A stretch of 63,020 nt of DNA, the filler included, from Collodictyon triciliatum (lineage: Eukaryota): assembly GCA_043381765.1 (NCBI GenBank). It is 17 parts of 17 records of this genome, joined end to end, with 100 filler letters (N's around TTAATTAATTAA, not from the genome) between each part and the next. Parts side by side here need not be neighbours in the genome. Positions count along the whole stretch, not along the records: positions 56,660 to 60,329 come from JBHJMP010007010.1; positions 60,430 to 63,020 come from JBHJMP010007046.1; 15 more parts are not named here. The stretch is one strand, 5' to 3'. Positions 59,601-63,020 of this stretch are shown piece after piece (position 1 is the stretch's first letter; every line of letters begins with the position of its first letter). The notes beneath the pieces were generated by a model, which worked only from the letters and a program-made list of their open reading frames with translations, had not been told where the DNA came from and did not search any database. The translations under genes and the position numbers were made by a program.

Positions 59601-60328
59601 ACTGAAGTTTGGAACGGTTCCTGTAGTATAAAATTAGTTTTTAAATAATAATTCATGAAATAATAATTAAAACTTACCAATCAATTGGTTGCTGTAAAGA
59701 AAAATTTCTAAAATATTTGTAAGTCCGATAAAGTTTGGAACTGTTCCTGTAATGTGAAAATCATTAGAATTCAGAATAAACCTTATAGAAAATTACTTGA
59801 TACCTGTAATTTTTTCACTTCCACCAATGTATAATTTCTTCAATGACTGTATTCCTGAAAAATCCGGTATTGTTCCTTCCAATTCATTCCTATCAATCTC
59901 AAGATGTTCAATATTCGGCATATTTTGAAAGTCTGGAATCGTTCCGGTAATTAGATTCACAAAGAGATTAAGATACGTAATACTTGGGAGATTAAAGTCT
60001 GGAAGAATTCCGTAAATGGAATTGTAGCTCATGTCCAAATAATCCAATAATTGAAACTTTTCAAAAATCGCAGAGGCAGCTTCAATGTCACCGTTAAGAT
60101 TGTTTCCAGACATACTGATTCTGAATATGGGACATGTGTTGTTCTATAAATATAAAGGAAAATATGTTAAGAATAAAATCAAAAGAGATTATTATAATTG
60201 TTTCAAGAAATTACCTTATGGTCTTCATCCGAACAGCTCTGATGACACGATATTCCATACCAATCACATATCGGAATACTTTCATTCTTCCATCCAGTGT
60301 TCCGAAACCAATTATCGCCGCCAAGTGA
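56660..60328 (-). CDS. Plant-type LRR + Cys-rich + multi-pass TM receptor-like protein (partial both ends)
   Basis: LxxLDLSxNxLxGxIP repeats, then CKCLPGYFG...CQEGYEGYACSKCQNGYG, then several TM segments with FGCT...YLNFKPWVQC. Confidence 0.88.
58667..59746 (-). repeat. Nine tandem exon+intron cassettes, one 23-aa LRR per 69-nt exon
   Basis: Period about 125-130 nt. Exon consensus GTVPNFSGIPNVLRIYLSSNQL(D/T/I). Homologous ~55-60-nt phase-1 introns GTAAGTTT...CTAAC...CAG. Confidence 0.9.
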
Positions 60329-61250
60329 ANNNNNNNNNNNNNNNNNNNNNNNNNNNNNNNNNNNNNNNNNNNNTTAATTAATTAANNNNNNNNNNNNNNN
60401 NNNNNNNNNNNNNNNNNNNNNNNNNNNNNATTTTTTTTTTAAAAATTAATTTAATGAAGATTTTTTTTTTTTTTTAGATGGACTGAAGTTTTATTAAAAT
60501 TGAAAACTCTGTGGTTTCCTAAAGGGGAAAAAAAAATAAAGACTTTCAGATGAGGAAAAGAAAACGTCTTGAGTCTGAGAGTCTAAAGTATGTAAAACCA
60601 GACTATCGAAATGTGGAAACATCTCTAAAGTCGATTGTAAAGAATCTGGATGACTATGAAGAAATCAACGACATGCTTTTATTGTGTCATAATTTGGTTA
60701 CCGACAATTATCTGTTTGCAAGATGTTACGTATTGAAATCACAACTCCCAACAACAGATGAAAACTTTTTTTTTGGACGCTTTAAAGACAGTCGGAATAG
60801 TTTCACAAGACAGACCCGCAAGATTAAAACATCCAGAAATGATTAAAGACATGATGACTTTTTATCTCAATGATTTCCGATTCCTTTTGTCCCAAGGAGA
60901 ATGCTTTCCGTTGGTTGGACTGTCTCGTGTACTACCGTACTTGGCGAAGAAAATGTTAACAGCTTATCATAACAACATTAAGGAGCGTTTTGCAAAGAGG
61001 TTACTGCGCTTTATAAATCTAACAGTTCCTGGAGATGAGAATATAACGGAAGCTATTCAAAAGGCAGACCTACGAAAGTTAAAAAAAACCATCTTCAAGA
61101 AACTCGAAATACTGGAACAATGTAAAGAATGGGCTAGAATGTATTTGAATCGTATCATTCCCAGCGATATTGTAAAAGGTATCGAATATGACGTCAAAGT
61201 CAATTCAAGTAAGTAGATTCCATGTCTGATTTACATGAATCGCATTTTTG

Positions 61251-61296
61251 TATGGCATAACCTCGCTGCACTTTGAATCGAATAAAGGAAAAAAAA
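61251..61296 (+). mobile_element. Short retroposed insert, family 2, replacing ~61 nt of Fanzor B
   Basis: TATGGCATAACCTCGCTGCACTTTGAATCGAATAAAGGAAAAAAAA sits where copy A has 5750-5810 (EDIGTKLFQPIPLRTNNIPCR). There is no TSD; the target site is deleted. Confidence 0.8.
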
Positions 61297-61577
61297 TATT
61301 ACTCTAGATACTATATGTTTGATAGATATATTAGTATTGTCTGGAAAAAAATCATTAATGAAGAATTATTAGGATGGAAAGAGACACTATGGGATACGTT
61401 CTTTGAAATGAATAAGAGGGTCTTTCATCAAAGAGGCTACAATTTTAAATACATGATACAAACAGACGGCTTGGCGGTGTCATTATTATTTGAAAAGAAA
61501 GGTATTTCAAACTCAAAATTCAAAAATAATCAAAAAAAAAAACCCCCCAAGAATATGTTTATATAGACGAACTTTCC

Positions 61578-61603
61578 CTTTGAATCGAATAAAGGAAAAA
61601 AAA
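61578..61603 (+). mobile_element. Short retroposed insert, family 2, inside Fanzor B
   Basis: CTTTGAATCGAATAAAGGAAAAAAAA between perfect 17-nt TSDs ATATAGACGAACTTTCC (61561-61577 and 61604-61620). Copy A has the empty site (~5331-5347). Confidence 0.92.
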
Positions 61604-62467
61604 ATATAGACGAACTTTCCGAAGAGCAAGTATCTTCATTATTGACAAAAAATAGTTTGAGTGGACGCAGGCAAGTTTAATTTGGTTTACATGGTGGATG
61701 AGACAGGTAAGAAATCACGTTACACGACACACCAAGGAAGAAATGATAGCAAATCTCTTGAAAATCACAAAATACTCTTGCGCGAGAGAAAAGTACATTT
61801 CTTCATGGATATACATGGCAACAGATTTACAAAGTGCTGTTTCTTTTGGTGCCAGGACTTGTGAAGAAGATCAGCAGTTTGAGACATCAAGAGTATCTTT
61901 AATCGATTTAGAGACAGAACCGAGTAAACATAATTCATGCACCGTCGATTATGAATAATTTCGAAAATATGTATCTATGAAATCAAGATACCAGATAGAA
62001 CTATCCGGATTTTATGAACAAGTAACTTTTCGAAAGATGAACTGGAGGCATTATGTTAATACAAAAAGAAGTGAACAGTTGTTTATGGACCGATTCGAAA
62101 AGACATTGGGCAAGGATGTTGTAATGACGTATTGAGACTGGAGCAGAAAATCTCTGATGAAACATTTTATGCCAACAATCGGAATAGGATTACGAAGAAT
62201 ACTATCTAAACGTTTTGAACCAGTTAGTGTAAATGGATTAAAAACCTCCAAGATGTGCTGTAGCTGCGAAAAAGAACTGGGATATATGAAACTGAAAGGA
62301 AACTCAAAAAAAGTGTATATAGATGTCTCATATGTAAATAATGCAATCGCTCAGAAAGCAAACAAACTGTATTCTCGACAAGAGACTTTAACAGCGCTCA
62401 AAATATACTCGACAAAGTTCCTTTAATACTTCAAAAATATAGATACAATTTCCTCCAAAAAAAATAG

Positions 62468-62588
62468 GCTGTTGGGTCTTTCCTGGCAGCCTTCATCACT
62501 ACACGACCATAGTGAAAAAAAGTGGTGAGACCTTGGATACTAGCGCACCAGGTTTACCAATCGAAAGAATGGTATACTCATCCTAGTA
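62468..62588 (+). ncRNA. Candidate Fanzor omegaRNA scaffold (copy B)
   Basis: Homologous to 4354-4472. Stems at 62468-62490, 62493-62528, and a GAAA-capped hairpin closed by TACTAG/CTAGTA (62538-62588). Confidence 0.6.
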
Positions 62589-62926
62589 GGCAACAATATG
62601 GAAGTATGTCTTCGGTCTCGTTTTTTATATTTTCCACCAGCACCGCCACATACGCAAAATTCTCGCTGGATTGCTTGAAAAACACCAATTTCACACAATT
62701 TACGTTTACCAGCCATTCTGCTCCATTTAGCACCGACCCAGCCCAATCCGACTTTGCCTTGACGAAGATATGTTTCCATAAGCAAGGGCAAACCCACCCA
62801 AGGAAGATGCACCCAACCGAACAGAAACATAGGGGAAATTGTCTCGAATCAAACTCGAAATAAATCAATCAATAAATAATATCAAATAAATAAATAAATA
62901 AACAAACAAACAAACAATCAATCAAA

Positions 62927-63017
<91 letters not shown>

Positions 63018-63020
63018 ATA

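Larger units (their letters stand above)
60550..62467 (+). pseudogene. Fanzor1 (TnpB-like RuvC RNA-guided endonuclease), copy B, frameshifted/nonsense
   Basis: MRKRKR start, TAYHNNIKERFAKRLLRFIN, FKYMIQTDGLAVSLLF, RuvC-I (*)VDAGK (61658-61675), MKHFMPTIGIGLRRILSKRF, RuvC-II degraded to VNGLKTSK, CCSC...CLICK*C, RuvC-III RDFNSAQNI (62381-62407). Colinear with copy A over its whole length. Confidence 0.9.

Noticed and set aside
58667-59746. Repeat-spacer pattern resembling a CRISPR array
   Set aside because: Both parts of the unit are homologous between copies and parse as LRR exons plus GT-AG introns; there are no unique spacers or cas genes.

Overview
Eukaryotic (protist-like, AT-rich, short GT-AG introns) sequence. 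It is not a contiguous locus: 17 unrelated contigs of about 3.7 kb are joined by an artificial N-TTAATTAATTAA-N six-frame-stop linker, so gene order across linkers is meaningless. Recognisable host genes: DPH1, a heparan-sulfate/uronyl 2-O-sulfotransferase-like gene, BUD22/SRFBP1, a metallo-beta-lactamase-fold hydrolase, two LRR proteins, a CCR4/Angel-type EEP nuclease, ERMARD, a Cys-rich 93-aa repeat protein, a DUF5092-like gene, an ELM2-SANT gene, an ABCG transporter, tRNA-Leu(CAG), a coiled-coil repeat protein and an R2R3-type Myb. The most notable content is two independent, decayed copies of one Fanzor1 (eukaryotic TnpB/Cas12-like RNA-guided nuclease) family, at about 4470-6512 (minus) and 60550-62467 (plus). 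Each is followed by the same ~120-nt structured 3' segment, a candidate omegaRNA with pairing-preserving substitutions. Two families of very short poly(A)-tailed retroposed inserts, mostly flanked by 10-18-nt target-site duplications, occur at 10 sites, three of them inside the Fanzors. One LRR gene is built from nine tandem one-LRR exon/intron cassettes. All family assignments come from motif recognition by eye, not database searches.
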